Translations under genes and position numbers: made by a program | NCBI GenBank assembly: GCA_964620535.1 | Contig: CAZUHN010000006.1 | Span: 1-41,090, forward strand | DNA: 41,090 nucleotides | Reading direction: 5' to 3' | Source of the DNA: an uncultured Nitrospinaceae bacterium | Lineage (GTDB): Bacteria; UBA8248 | The notes under the pieces: generated by a model | The model's input: only the letters and a program-made list of their open reading frames with translations | Told to the model about the DNA's origin: nothing | Database searches by the model: none | Shown: positions 1-8,662 of the stretch, one piece after another | Layout: each line of letters starts with the position of its first letter | Numbering within the stretch: the stretch's first letter is position 1

Positions 1-292
1 TGTTGTTGAAAGTGGATGAGCCCCCCAAAACGAAAATGCGAATTTCGCCCGGCGCCTTTTTCCTGGAAAGCTCCGGCCCCCGCAATCCGAGGCTGTTGAT
101 CCGGATGGTCTCGCGGCTCTGGACATACTCTCTCGATACGATTTTCCAACCAAAACAGGAATCCGCCTGATAGCGAATGGTCGCTCGTTGCCAAGCAGGA
201 AAATCCTTGTGGCGAAAAACCAATCGCGTGAACCCTTCCGCGACGAGAAGGGCGATAGCAAGAGAAAATATTGGGAGAAGAATTTTTTTCAC
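1..292 (-). CDS. Membrane-anchored SGNH/GDSL hydrolase-family protein (partial; runs off the left edge)
   Basis: Not in the ORF track. Manual translation from GTG at 292 gives 97 open codons: MKKILLPIFSLAIALLVAEGFTRLVF...IRINSLGLRGPELSRKKAPGEIRIFVLGGSSTFNN. This has an N-terminal hydrophobic anchor, the INSxGxRG motif and an SGNH block I-like RIFVLGGSST. Confidence 0.75.
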   Translation of the reverse strand, partial: MKKILLPIFSLAIALLVAEGFTRLVFRHKDFPAWQRATIRYQADSCFGWKIVSREYVQSRETIRINSLGLRGPELSRKKAPGEIRIFVLGGSSTFNN

Positions 293-345
293 CGGCTGGT
301 CCCAATCACAATTAACTTTTCGGGCGAATCCTCAATCCATCCCCA

Positions 346-1470
346 TCAAGAGGATGACAGCCCTTTCAATATCGCTTCATACTGCTCCGAAACTGTGTCC
401 CATGTTCTCGCCTCGGCCCGCTTCCGGCCCGACTCACCCATGGCCCGAGCCAAATCCGGGGAAGCCAGCAAGCGGCGAAGGGCGGATTCCACATCACCGG
501 GATTGTCCGCATCAACGAGAATCCCCGATTCTCCGTTGGCAACGGCTTCGGAAGCCCCGCCCGAACGGCCCGCGATGACGGGTTTTCTGCAAGCGCCCGC
601 TTCCAGATGGGCGATGCCAAAGGCCTCGACGGCACCCGTTCCCGCAACCTCCCGGCTCGGCATCGCGAAAACGTCGCACGCCTGATAATAGGCGTGGGAG
701 CCGCGTCCCAGCTTGCTGCGAGAAACCTCACCGAGGAACAACACCCGCTCGCCCACTCCGAGTTCATTCGCGAGAGCGCGCAAGCCGCCCCGCTCGGGAC
801 CATCCCCCACGATGAGATAAATCACGTCGGGATGGCGCTCCGCCACCTGGGGCAAGGCCCTAATCACAGCGTCAAAACCTTTCACCCGGGCGAGCCGCCC
901 CACGGAGAGGATAACCTTTTTCCCGCCGAGGCCTAATTCACGCCGGGCAACGGCGCCCGCTTCAGATCCGTCAAATGAGGAAAATGAGACTCCATTCGGT
1001 ATGGCGAACGTTTTCTCCGGCCTCAGGCCCATCTCAAGCAAGCGGCCGTGCGCGTAATGGCTCACCGCGATCACCGCATCGGCCCTGCCGAGAGAGACTA
1101 TCAATTTCTCCCGGCGGCGGGAACCGTATACCTCGTTTCCGTGGACCACAACCGCCACGGGAACACCCATCATGCGCCGCGCGTAAAACGCCGGCCGCAA
1201 GAAATCCGCCCGATGCGTCAGTAAAACGGCATCCGGCCGTTGGGCGACGACAATGCGGGCGAATACCGGCCAGAGGAGCGGTTTCAAACCGACGCGGGTC
1301 ACCTCCGCGGGCGCCGTTTCCGCGTCGGTCTCGGCGTCTTCCTCCCAACCTCGTGCCAACACCCTTATCCGGTTCTCGCGCCGCACCAAACCCGCCGCCA
1401 GAGAGTACGAGAGCGTCTGGACCCCGCCGACCGAGGGGGGGTACACCGGTGCGCACAGAAGAAACTTCAC
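346..1470 (-). CDS. Glycosyltransferase family 4 (PimA/PimB-like)
   Basis: N-terminal YPPSVGG; VGRLARVKG; EAFGIAHLE (EX7E motif). GTG start overlaps the upstream stop (GTGA). Confidence 0.9.
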   Translation of the reverse strand: MKFLLCAPVYPPSVGGVQTLSYSLAAGLVRRENRIRVLARGWEEDAETDAETAPAEVTRVGLKPLLWPVFARIVVAQRPDAVLLTHRADFLRPAFYARRMMGVPVAVVVHGNEVYGSRRREKLIVSLGRADAVIAVSHYAHGRLLEMGLRPEKTFAIPNGVSFSSFDGSEAGAVARRELGLGGKKVILSVGRLARVKGFDAVIRALPQVAERHPDVIYLIVGDGPERGGLRALANELGVGERVLFLGEVSRSKLGRGSHAYYQACDVFAMPSREVAGTGAVEAFGIAHLEAGACRKPVIAGRSGGASEAVANGESGILVDADNPGDVESALRRLLASPDLARAMGESGRKRAEARTWDTVSEQYEAILKGLSSS

Positions 1471-2645
1471 AGAATTTTTGTTAGGGCAAGAGGGCGAAAG
1501 GTACCCGCTGTTTTCTCCGAGACAATCTCCCGGTAGAGTGATTCGGTCACGTCGACATTCGCCGAAACGCTGAAGCGCAATGCCAACTCACGTGCCGCCT
1601 TTCCCAGGGCCACCGCGCGCTTCTCGTCCATGCAGGTCCGGATTTGGCGGGACATTTCATGCACATCGGCGGGATCATCGAGAACGAACCCGTTTTCGCC
1701 ATCCGTCACGATCTCCGCCCCGCCGCAGCGCGAGGAGAACACGCAAGGCAACCCGCTCGCCAACGCTTCGAGGCATACATTGCCGAACGGTTCGTAAAGG
1801 GTGGGGAAAACAAATACGTTGGCCGCCCGGTAGATTTCCCCTGCAGGGTCTATCGCCCCGCAAAACAGCGTCCGCCGATTCACTCCAAGCGAACGGGCCA
1901 ACCGGCGGTATGGACCCATGGTTCCTTTCCCGGCGACAACGAGCCAGGGCGTCCCCGGCCCCCCGTTCCCGAGGCGCGAAAAAGCTTCGATGAGAAACCA
2001 CAATCCCTTGCGGAAATATCCGCTTCCCACAAAAAGCACCATAAATGCCTCCCGCGGCACGCCCAACCGGCCGCGTATTTTTTCCCGCTCCCCCTCTTCC
2101 GGCGGGCGGAACTCATCCGGATCCACGCCGTTATAGATGACCGGGATATTTTCCAGTCCGAAATGGCGGCGGATCTCTTCCGCGCCCTTCTGCCCAATGG
2201 CGGTTACGCGCCTTGCCCCGCCATCCTTGATGAGCCGCTTTTCAATGCGGCAAAGAAGATGATGAAGCGGGTCGAACCATCTCAGGGCCGCCTTCAGGGG
2301 GGACAGATATCGTTTCGAGACCAAAAGCCACTCGCGGTGCAGACCTTCGCCGGCGCGGTAAATGTCACAGTCAAAGATCCGATCGCAGGAATGGACCACA
2401 TCGAACTCCTCTTCCCGCAGCAGCGCCCGCACCCCCCTCGCGAAGGAGAGCACCTTGAGGAATGAAAAGGGCCCGCGCGCCTGAATTCTGCGGAAACGAA
2501 CAGAGGGGCCGGGCAATTCCGGGCACCTGCGGGCGAGTAAGGACACCTCGTGGCCACGCCGGGCCATCTCCCGGGCAAGAAGCCAAACATAGCGCTCCAC
2601 TCCCCCCGTTCGGTGTACGGCGGAGCGGATAAGAGCAATCTTCAT
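1467..2645 (-). CDS. Glycosyltransferase family 4, WabG/WaaG-like LPS core transferase (possibly galacturonosyltransferase)
   Basis: GGVERY; HSCDRIFDCDIYRAGEGLHREWL resembles the recalled WabG segment HERIPGCDIYRAGDGVH; GSGYFRKG; YEPFGNVCLE. AGGA Shine-Dalgarno (SD)-like sequence upstream. Confidence 0.85.
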   Translation of the reverse strand: MKIALIRSAVHRTGGVERYVWLLAREMARRGHEVSLLARRCPELPGPSVRFRRIQARGPFSFLKVLSFARGVRALLREEEFDVVHSCDRIFDCDIYRAGEGLHREWLLVSKRYLSPLKAALRWFDPLHHLLCRIEKRLIKDGGARRVTAIGQKGAEEIRRHFGLENIPVIYNGVDPDEFRPPEEGEREKIRGRLGVPREAFMVLFVGSGYFRKGLWFLIEAFSRLGNGGPGTPWLVVAGKGTMGPYRRLARSLGVNRRTLFCGAIDPAGEIYRAANVFVFPTLYEPFGNVCLEALASGLPCVFSSRCGGAEIVTDGENGFVLDDPADVHEMSRQIRTCMDEKRAVALGKAARELALRFSVSANVDVTESLYREIVSEKTAGTFRPLALTKIL

Positions 2646-2680
2646 GCGTGTCCTACCGAAAAACGCCGCGGCTTTGCCAA

Positions 2681-4465
2681 CTATGCATTCTTCTTTGAAA
2701 TTAGATACTGACCGAGGGCGAGATGGGGCAGGCCCGAAGTCTCAAAAGTGTGAATCGCATCTTCCGCGTTCGAAACGATGGGCTCCCCGTGAAGATTGTA
2801 GGACGTATTGAGAATGGCCCCGATGCCCGTCAGTTCCTCGAAAATTTCGATCAAACGATAATAATCGGGATTCACCTCTCGTTCGAGAATCTGCGGCCGC
2901 AGGGTACCATCGTAAGGGTGGCAGGCCGCGGTGAGCTTTTCGAGACCCGCAGGCGTGCTGTCAAAGGTGAGCATCATATATGGGGAACGCAGCCTCTTTG
3001 GGTTTTGGAGATACTCTTCTTCCCGCTTATCAAGAACTGTCGGCGAGAAGGGCATCCAAAAGTCCCGGGACTTGATCATTTTGTTTATTACAGAGACGAC
3101 CTGATGAACACTCGGATTCGCCAGGATTGATCGGTTTCCAAGCGCACGCGCGCCAAATTCCTCCCGCCCCTTGACTCGAGCGACAATATCGCCAGACGCA
3201 AGATATCCGGCCACCTTTAATTCGATGTCATCATATCTCTGAACCCGGTGCCTTTCCCGCACGTTCATTCGATCAAGGGTTTCCGCCACATCCTCCTCGA
3301 GAATGTCTTCGCCGAAATACAGATGTGAAAGGGGTACGCAAGGCCGCGGCTTGACCCCTGGAGTTCCTTGGGCCTGCAGCCAATACGCGGCCCCGATGGC
3401 GTTCGATTCGTCTCCGCAGCTGGGCAAAACAAAAAGTTCGCTCACCTCGTCGAGAGCGGCCACCTTCTTGTTGGCCTTAACGTTCATGAACACGCCGCCG
3501 CTCACTGCAATGCGGTTCTCTCCGGCCGCATCAATACCCGCCCGAACCCACTCCAAGAGCATCTCCTCCAGGAGTTCCTGGCCGGCGGCCGCGACCCAAT
3601 CAAATCGGTGGCGCACCAGATTCTCCATCAAATAGCGGAATCGGCCCTTCCGTACTCTCCACCGAAATTGCGGGGTGCCGTTCATTTTCTCGTAGGCGAT
3701 CATCTTTCGCAGCACTTCGTAGGAGTTTTTTGCCCCCCCCTCCGGCGCATAGGGAGCAAGCCCCATCACCTTATATTCGTGCTCAAGCTGACGCATCCCG
3801 AGGAAAACGGTGAGCAGGCTGTAAAAACTTCCCAAGGAGCCCGGCGCGCTCGGCGAGGCGGCCAACCGCTCGATTCCCTTTTTTCCTCCCACGTTCCAAG
3901 TGGCGCAAAGGCCGTCCCCCGAGGCGTCATTCGTAAGAACCGCCGCTGATTGGTCCTGAAACGCGAAAGGTGAGCCATAATAGGCCGCGGCGGCGTGTGA
4001 GGTATGATGTTCAACGATATGAATATTAGATTTCGGAATCCCGATATGGCTGGCGATTTCCTGGAACCGCTTTTCATTCGGCAAATGCTGCTTCCCCGGA
4101 GCCTCGCCCGAGAAGCCCAGCCTTTTCCCCCAACGCCGAACCTTCCTGCGGAGGATCCCGCCCTTCTTCACTCCGAAATATTTATCTATGTACTTCTCGT
4201 CACGGGTAACTAGCTCGAACCACTCCACGTCCATGGCCTCATGCCCCGCGAGGGCCACTGCGGAGATCTCTTCCGGCTTTACGATCCCCTGCGACATCAA
4301 GGATTCGACCGCCCGTCGGGGATAACCCCCTTGATTTTTTATTCGGGTAAGGCGCTCCTCGCTCAGGCAGCCGATCACCTCCCCGTCCCGGAGCAGGCAT
4401 GCGGTGGCGCAATGCGAATCGCTAATCCCAAGAATCAGCGTCCCTTCCACCTCTCCCTGGCTCAT
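2681..4465 (-). CDS. O-carbamoyltransferase, NodU/CmcH family
   Basis: EERLTRIK, HHTSHAAAAYY, EYKVMGLAPY, GGVFMNVKAN, EFGARALGNRSILA and LNTSYNLHGEPIV; 594 aa. ATGA overlap with the upstream GT4. Confidence 0.95.
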   Translation of the reverse strand: MSQGEVEGTLILGISDSHCATACLLRDGEVIGCLSEERLTRIKNQGGYPRRAVESLMSQGIVKPEEISAVALAGHEAMDVEWFELVTRDEKYIDKYFGVKKGGILRRKVRRWGKRLGFSGEAPGKQHLPNEKRFQEIASHIGIPKSNIHIVEHHTSHAAAAYYGSPFAFQDQSAAVLTNDASGDGLCATWNVGGKKGIERLAASPSAPGSLGSFYSLLTVFLGMRQLEHEYKVMGLAPYAPEGGAKNSYEVLRKMIAYEKMNGTPQFRWRVRKGRFRYLMENLVRHRFDWVAAAGQELLEEMLLEWVRAGIDAAGENRIAVSGGVFMNVKANKKVAALDEVSELFVLPSCGDESNAIGAAYWLQAQGTPGVKPRPCVPLSHLYFGEDILEEDVAETLDRMNVRERHRVQRYDDIELKVAGYLASGDIVARVKGREEFGARALGNRSILANPSVHQVVSVINKMIKSRDFWMPFSPTVLDKREEEYLQNPKRLRSPYMMLTFDSTPAGLEKLTAACHPYDGTLRPQILEREVNPDYYRLIEIFEELTGIGAILNTSYNLHGEPIVSNAEDAIHTFETSGLPHLALGQYLISKKNA

Positions 4466-5667
4466 TGCGCCAATCCTCTCCGGGAACGCACCGTTTCCCG
4501 GTAAATCTCCACCGTCCGGCGGGCCATCACACGGCGATCGAACTCCTCCTTTGCCCGGCGGCGGGCTAACTCTCCCATCTTCCGGGCGGCCTGCGGTTCC
4601 TCTTTCAAACTTGCCAGGGCACCGGCTAAGGCCGCTTCATCATCAGCCGGGACCAGTATTCCCTCCATCCCGTCGCGGACGATCTCTTCTACGCACCCCA
4701 CCCGGCTCGCCACGACGGGTCTCCCCGCAGCGAGATATTCAAACAAAACCCGGCTTGTCCCCTCCGACCGCCGGGACGGAAACGCAAGAACATCGCAGGC
4801 AGCAAAGGCGGCCGCGAGTTTTTCCACATATCCGGGAAAAACAGCACGATCTCCCAGGCCGAGCGCAGAGGACAACGCTTTGAGATTATCCAGATCCTCT
4901 CCTTTTCCGATAAACACCATCCATGGGGGCTCTTTCCCCTCATGTCCCAGCCGCGCCGCCGCCCGCAAAAGAATGTCCTGCCCCTTCATCCACATTCTCA
5001 AGCTTCCCGCGACACCCACCACCCACGCCTGCGGAGGAATTCCCCACTCGGTTCGGAACGAAGCGCCGTTGTCAGAGGGCCGGTAGGAGGCAGAGTCCAC
5101 ACCTCCCATCACTACGGAAAACTTCTCAGGGGGAAACGGCCCCAATCGTTGATAGCCAAGGAGAATTTTCTCGCAAACCGGAATGACGCTATCCGTGCCC
5201 CGGAGGTAAAGCCATCGGTTGAAAAGGTGATTCTTCACCGGCTCGAGGATGTGCCGGCTCCGGACGATGGAAGGGGCTCCTCCAAAAGGCCAAGCGAGGG
5301 CGGCCAGCCAATGTTCCACTCCCCTGTGAAGGTGGATGATGTCCACGGACCGCTCGCGCGCCAACCGCCTGAGATACATGAGATCTTGAAGGTAACTCAA
5401 GGGGTGAAAGCTATTGCTTGCCTCGATGAAAGCAACCTCCGGTACCCCTTCTCGTCGGATTCGTTCGGCAAGCGTGCGGCCCCTCTCCACATTGCGGCAA
5501 AGGAACAGTACCCGGTGCCCCTCACCCGATAGCCCCAAACTCAAGGCCACCGCGGCCCAAGCGTCGGAACTCCAGCCCCGGCAGGTGACGATTTGCATAA
5601 TCGAAAGCGGGCGCTCAGATTCGGCGGGCACTGCCGCATCCATCATTTCCGTTACACTGTGTGTCAT
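4462..5667 (-). CDS. Glycosyltransferase family 4
   Basis: GT-B fold motifs VRSRH, KGQD, FPGY and SEGTSRVLFE (EX7E). ATGA overlap with the msbA stop; the real start may be a few codons downstream. Confidence 0.9.
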   Translation of the reverse strand: MTHSVTEMMDAAVPAESERPLSIMQIVTCRGWSSDAWAAVALSLGLSGEGHRVLFLCRNVERGRTLAERIRREGVPEVAFIEASNSFHPLSYLQDLMYLRRLARERSVDIIHLHRGVEHWLAALAWPFGGAPSIVRSRHILEPVKNHLFNRWLYLRGTDSVIPVCEKILLGYQRLGPFPPEKFSVVMGGVDSASYRPSDNGASFRTEWGIPPQAWVVGVAGSLRMWMKGQDILLRAAARLGHEGKEPPWMVFIGKGEDLDNLKALSSALGLGDRAVFPGYVEKLAAAFAACDVLAFPSRRSEGTSRVLFEYLAAGRPVVASRVGCVEEIVRDGMEGILVPADDEAALAGALASLKEEPQAARKMGELARRRAKEEFDRRVMARRTVEIYRETVRSRRGLAQ

Positions 5668-7496
5668 CGATCTACATTCGTATCGCCGGGAGCCAAGCGG
5701 TCCCGCTTGCCGATATACCCTTCGGATTCCATATCTTTGCGGGCGATCCCTTCTGATATTTCATCGTCATCGGCGAACTGTAATTCATAAAGCCTATGAT
5801 ACAGGCCGCCATGGGCCATGAGATCCGAATGGGTGCCCTGCTCGACAATCTGTCCGCCGTCCAAAACATGAATTTTGTCCGCCTGCTTCACGGTGGAGAG
5901 GCGGTGAGCGACCACGATTGTGGTCCTCCCCTTCATGAGCCGATCCAAGGCTTCCTGGATCAAAAGCTCGCTCTCGGTGTCGAGGGAACTCGTCGCCTCG
6001 TCCAGGAGAAGAATGGAGGGATCTTGGAAGATGGCTCTGGCGATGGCGATGCGCTGCCGCTCCCCTCCGGAGAGGCGAAAGCCGTCCTCCCCGATGCGCG
6101 TCTCGTAGCCGTTGGACAGCTCGCAGATGAATTCGTGGGCGTTCGCGGCTTTGGCGGCGGCGACTACGGCTTCCGGATCAATGGGTTCCCCGGCGCCATA
6201 GGCGATGTTCATCGCCACCGTGTCATTGAAGAGGACAACATGCTGGCCTACAACCGCAATCTGCCTACGCAGGCTCGACAAGTCGATCTCCCTTATGTCC
6301 ACCCCATCGAAGGTGATTCTCCCCATGGCAGGGGTGTAAAAATAGGGAATGAGATCGAGGAAGGTGGTCTTCCCGGCCCCGCTCATTCCCACCAATGCGA
6401 AAATAGATCCTGCGGGAACGATCAGGTTTATGTCCTGGAGAACCGCCGTGGCATCGTATGAAAAACTCACACCGCTGAACTGGATGCTGTGGGCGAGAGG
6501 CTCCATCTTCCGCCCGACGGGGTTCATGGGCTCAAGGCCATGATTGTCCATCAACTCGAAAACGGACTGGCAGCCTGCCACCCCTTCCATCAAGGTGTGA
6601 TATACCCGGGTAAGAGATTTCAGCGGGCTGTAAATCATTCCCACGGCCACCAGGAAGCTCGAAAGCTGGCCCGGCGAAACTTCTCCCCGAATCACCAACG
6701 CGGACCCGTACCACAATACGCCGCCGGCCAGAATTCCCCCGATCGCTTCGACAAGCGGCGGAGCGAGGGCGCGGGTTCGCATGGCTCCCATTATCGTCCG
6801 GAAAAAGGAACGGTTTGCTTTCTCGAACCGTTCTTTCTCGTACCTTTCCGCCCCGAAGGCCTTTACCACCCGGATGCCGGCGTACGTTTCCTTCATGAGC
6901 GAGTTGATATCTCCCATCCTGTCCTGGGTCTTCCGGGTGATTCGGCGGATTTTCTCCCCAAACTTCGCGATGAGAAAACCGATAGGTGCGATTACGACGA
7001 GGAAGAGAAGGACCATTTTGGGGAATTGATAGGTCGCTATCGAGAGAAGGGCGATAAAGGTAAAAAAGTGCCGACCGAAATCTCGAACCGCGCTGGAGGC
7101 CGCTTTTTGCATCAAGGCGATGTCATAGGTGACTTTGGCCATGAGCTCCCCCGTCGTCTTGTGATCAAAAAAACGCAGGGGAAGGCTGACGAGATGCTGA
7201 TGCAGAGCGTTGCGGATATCCATCACGACGCGGTGGCCCACCCAGTACATAAAATAGTTCTGCAAATAAGTGGCAACGCTTTTCAGGAGATAGATCGCAA
7301 CAACCGTCAGTGAGAGCAATTGCACGATCCGGACGTTTCGGCCAATGAGCAAATCGTCCACCACATACTTCACAAGGAGCGCGGGAACGGCGCTTAGGCC
7401 ACCGACAACGACCGTGCAAAATACCGCGATCGAAAACCGCAGTGAATATCGTCGGAGATACGCCATAAGGCGAAGGTAGATTCGGATCCTGTTCAT
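5664..7496 (-). CDS. msbA: Lipid A-core flippase, MsbA-type ABC transporter
   Basis: N-terminal transmembrane domain plus NBD with Walker A GMSGAGKTT, LSGGERQR signature, ILLLDEATSSLD and AHRLST. Lies inside the LPS core locus. Confidence 0.85.
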   Translation of the reverse strand: MNRIRIYLRLMAYLRRYSLRFSIAVFCTVVVGGLSAVPALLVKYVVDDLLIGRNVRIVQLLSLTVVAIYLLKSVATYLQNYFMYWVGHRVVMDIRNALHQHLVSLPLRFFDHKTTGELMAKVTYDIALMQKAASSAVRDFGRHFFTFIALLSIATYQFPKMVLLFLVVIAPIGFLIAKFGEKIRRITRKTQDRMGDINSLMKETYAGIRVVKAFGAERYEKERFEKANRSFFRTIMGAMRTRALAPPLVEAIGGILAGGVLWYGSALVIRGEVSPGQLSSFLVAVGMIYSPLKSLTRVYHTLMEGVAGCQSVFELMDNHGLEPMNPVGRKMEPLAHSIQFSGVSFSYDATAVLQDINLIVPAGSIFALVGMSGAGKTTFLDLIPYFYTPAMGRITFDGVDIREIDLSSLRRQIAVVGQHVVLFNDTVAMNIAYGAGEPIDPEAVVAAAKAANAHEFICELSNGYETRIGEDGFRLSGGERQRIAIARAIFQDPSILLLDEATSSLDTESELLIQEALDRLMKGRTTIVVAHRLSTVKQADKIHVLDGGQIVEQGTHSDLMAHGGLYHRLYELQFADDDEISEGIARKDMESEGYIGKRDRLAPGDTNVDR

Positions 7497-8662
7497 CTTT
7501 TCGCTCCCGCATAATCGTGCGGCATGGGCGCGGCATTCTCCAATATAGACGCATAGACGGTCTCGACGCTCGAAGCGCGATGTCCTCTGCCGAAGCGCTC
7601 CTCCACCCGGTTTCTTCCCTCCTTGCCGTATGCGGCGCGCAGCTTCTCGTTTTTCAATAGGCCGATGAAGGCGTCCGCCAACAATTCGGGAGACCCCGGC
7701 GGGACGATTCCGGCCGTCATGCCGCCCTCAACCACCTCTGCGAGACCGCTGTTATCGGCCACCACACAGGGGAGACCCAGGGCCATCGCCTCCAACACCG
7801 CCCGGCAACTGCCCTCCGACCCCGGCGTCATCAGGGTAAAGATATCAAAAGCCGCAAGAACCGGAACCAACTCGCCTTCGATGTAACCCGGGAAAAGTAC
7901 TTTTTCGGTTAGGTTCAGAACGCCCGCATGGTGGCACAGCTTCGAGAGAAATTCTCCCTTTCCAACCACCACGAGCCGGGCGTTCGGAATATCCGCCGCA
8001 ACCCGGCGGAAGGCTTCAAGCAACACCGGAAGGCCGCGACCGGGGGCCAGGCGGGATACGATGCCGATGACGGGAACATCCGAATCGATTCCCAAAATTT
8101 CCCGTCCACGCGCCCGGCATTCCGCGGTCGGGGGGCGAAACCGGTTGAGATCAACTCCTCCCGGAACGATGTGAAGGTGCTCGGCGGGCACCCCCACGCC
8201 GTCGTGCAGAGCGCCGGCGATGTATTGGCTCACGGCGATGATGGCGTCCGTCACATAATAAAGGTAGCGGTATGCGGGGCTTGTCTTTGCCGCCCTCGGA
8301 TGATGAACCGAACGAACCAGGCGGACAGGCCGCCTCGCCATGGAAGCGGCAAGGTGCGCGAGCCAATGGTCCGCGGTGAGATGCGCATGCACGACATCGG
8401 GTTCCACGCGATTGATAAGGGCGGCGAGATCGCGCACAGCCCGCCAAACGGTCCACGGCTTGAGGCTCCGCGTGGGCTCCAAACCTGAGATTCGCGGCAC
8501 GCCCGCCTTTGCGGCCTCCTCCTCGAGGCGCTCTCCTCCCCCGCAAACAAAATGCAGGCTGTGGCCGCGCTCGGCGAGGTCCGCCGTCAGGAAGAGGGCC
8601 GGCTCGGCGGCACCCGTCCACCAGGGACTGCTGATCACCTGAACCACGCTCATCGGGCGCAT
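7493..8662 (-). CDS. Glycosyltransferase family 4
   Basis: WWTGAAE, RSVH, FPGY and SEGSCRAVLE (EX7E). Alternative start at 8653 (ATGA overlap). Confidence 0.9.
   Translation of the reverse strand: MRPMSVVQVISSPWWTGAAEPALFLTADLAERGHSLHFVCGGGERLEEEAAKAGVPRISGLEPTRSLKPWTVWRAVRDLAALINRVEPDVVHAHLTADHWLAHLAASMARRPVRLVRSVHHPRAAKTSPAYRYLYYVTDAIIAVSQYIAGALHDGVGVPAEHLHIVPGGVDLNRFRPPTAECRARGREILGIDSDVPVIGIVSRLAPGRGLPVLLEAFRRVAADIPNARLVVVGKGEFLSKLCHHAGVLNLTEKVLFPGYIEGELVPVLAAFDIFTLMTPGSEGSCRAVLEAMALGLPCVVADNSGLAEVVEGGMTAGIVPPGSPELLADAFIGLLKNEKLRAAYGKEGRNRVEERFGRGHRASSVETVYASILENAAPMPHDYAGAKR

Noticed and set aside
3733-3740. G8 tract (coding strand) in the carbamoyltransferase as a phase-variation switch
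   Set aside because: It is short for a contingency tract, the gene is in frame, and equal G8 runs occur in hldA (14119-14126) and lolD (32844-32851). Read-level length variation would be needed.
2681-4465. Carbamoyltransferase as a sign of a saxitoxin, Nod-factor or antibiotic cluster
   Set aside because: No PKS/NRPS, sxtA/G/J/K or nodABC genes are present; the whole context is LPS biosynthesis.
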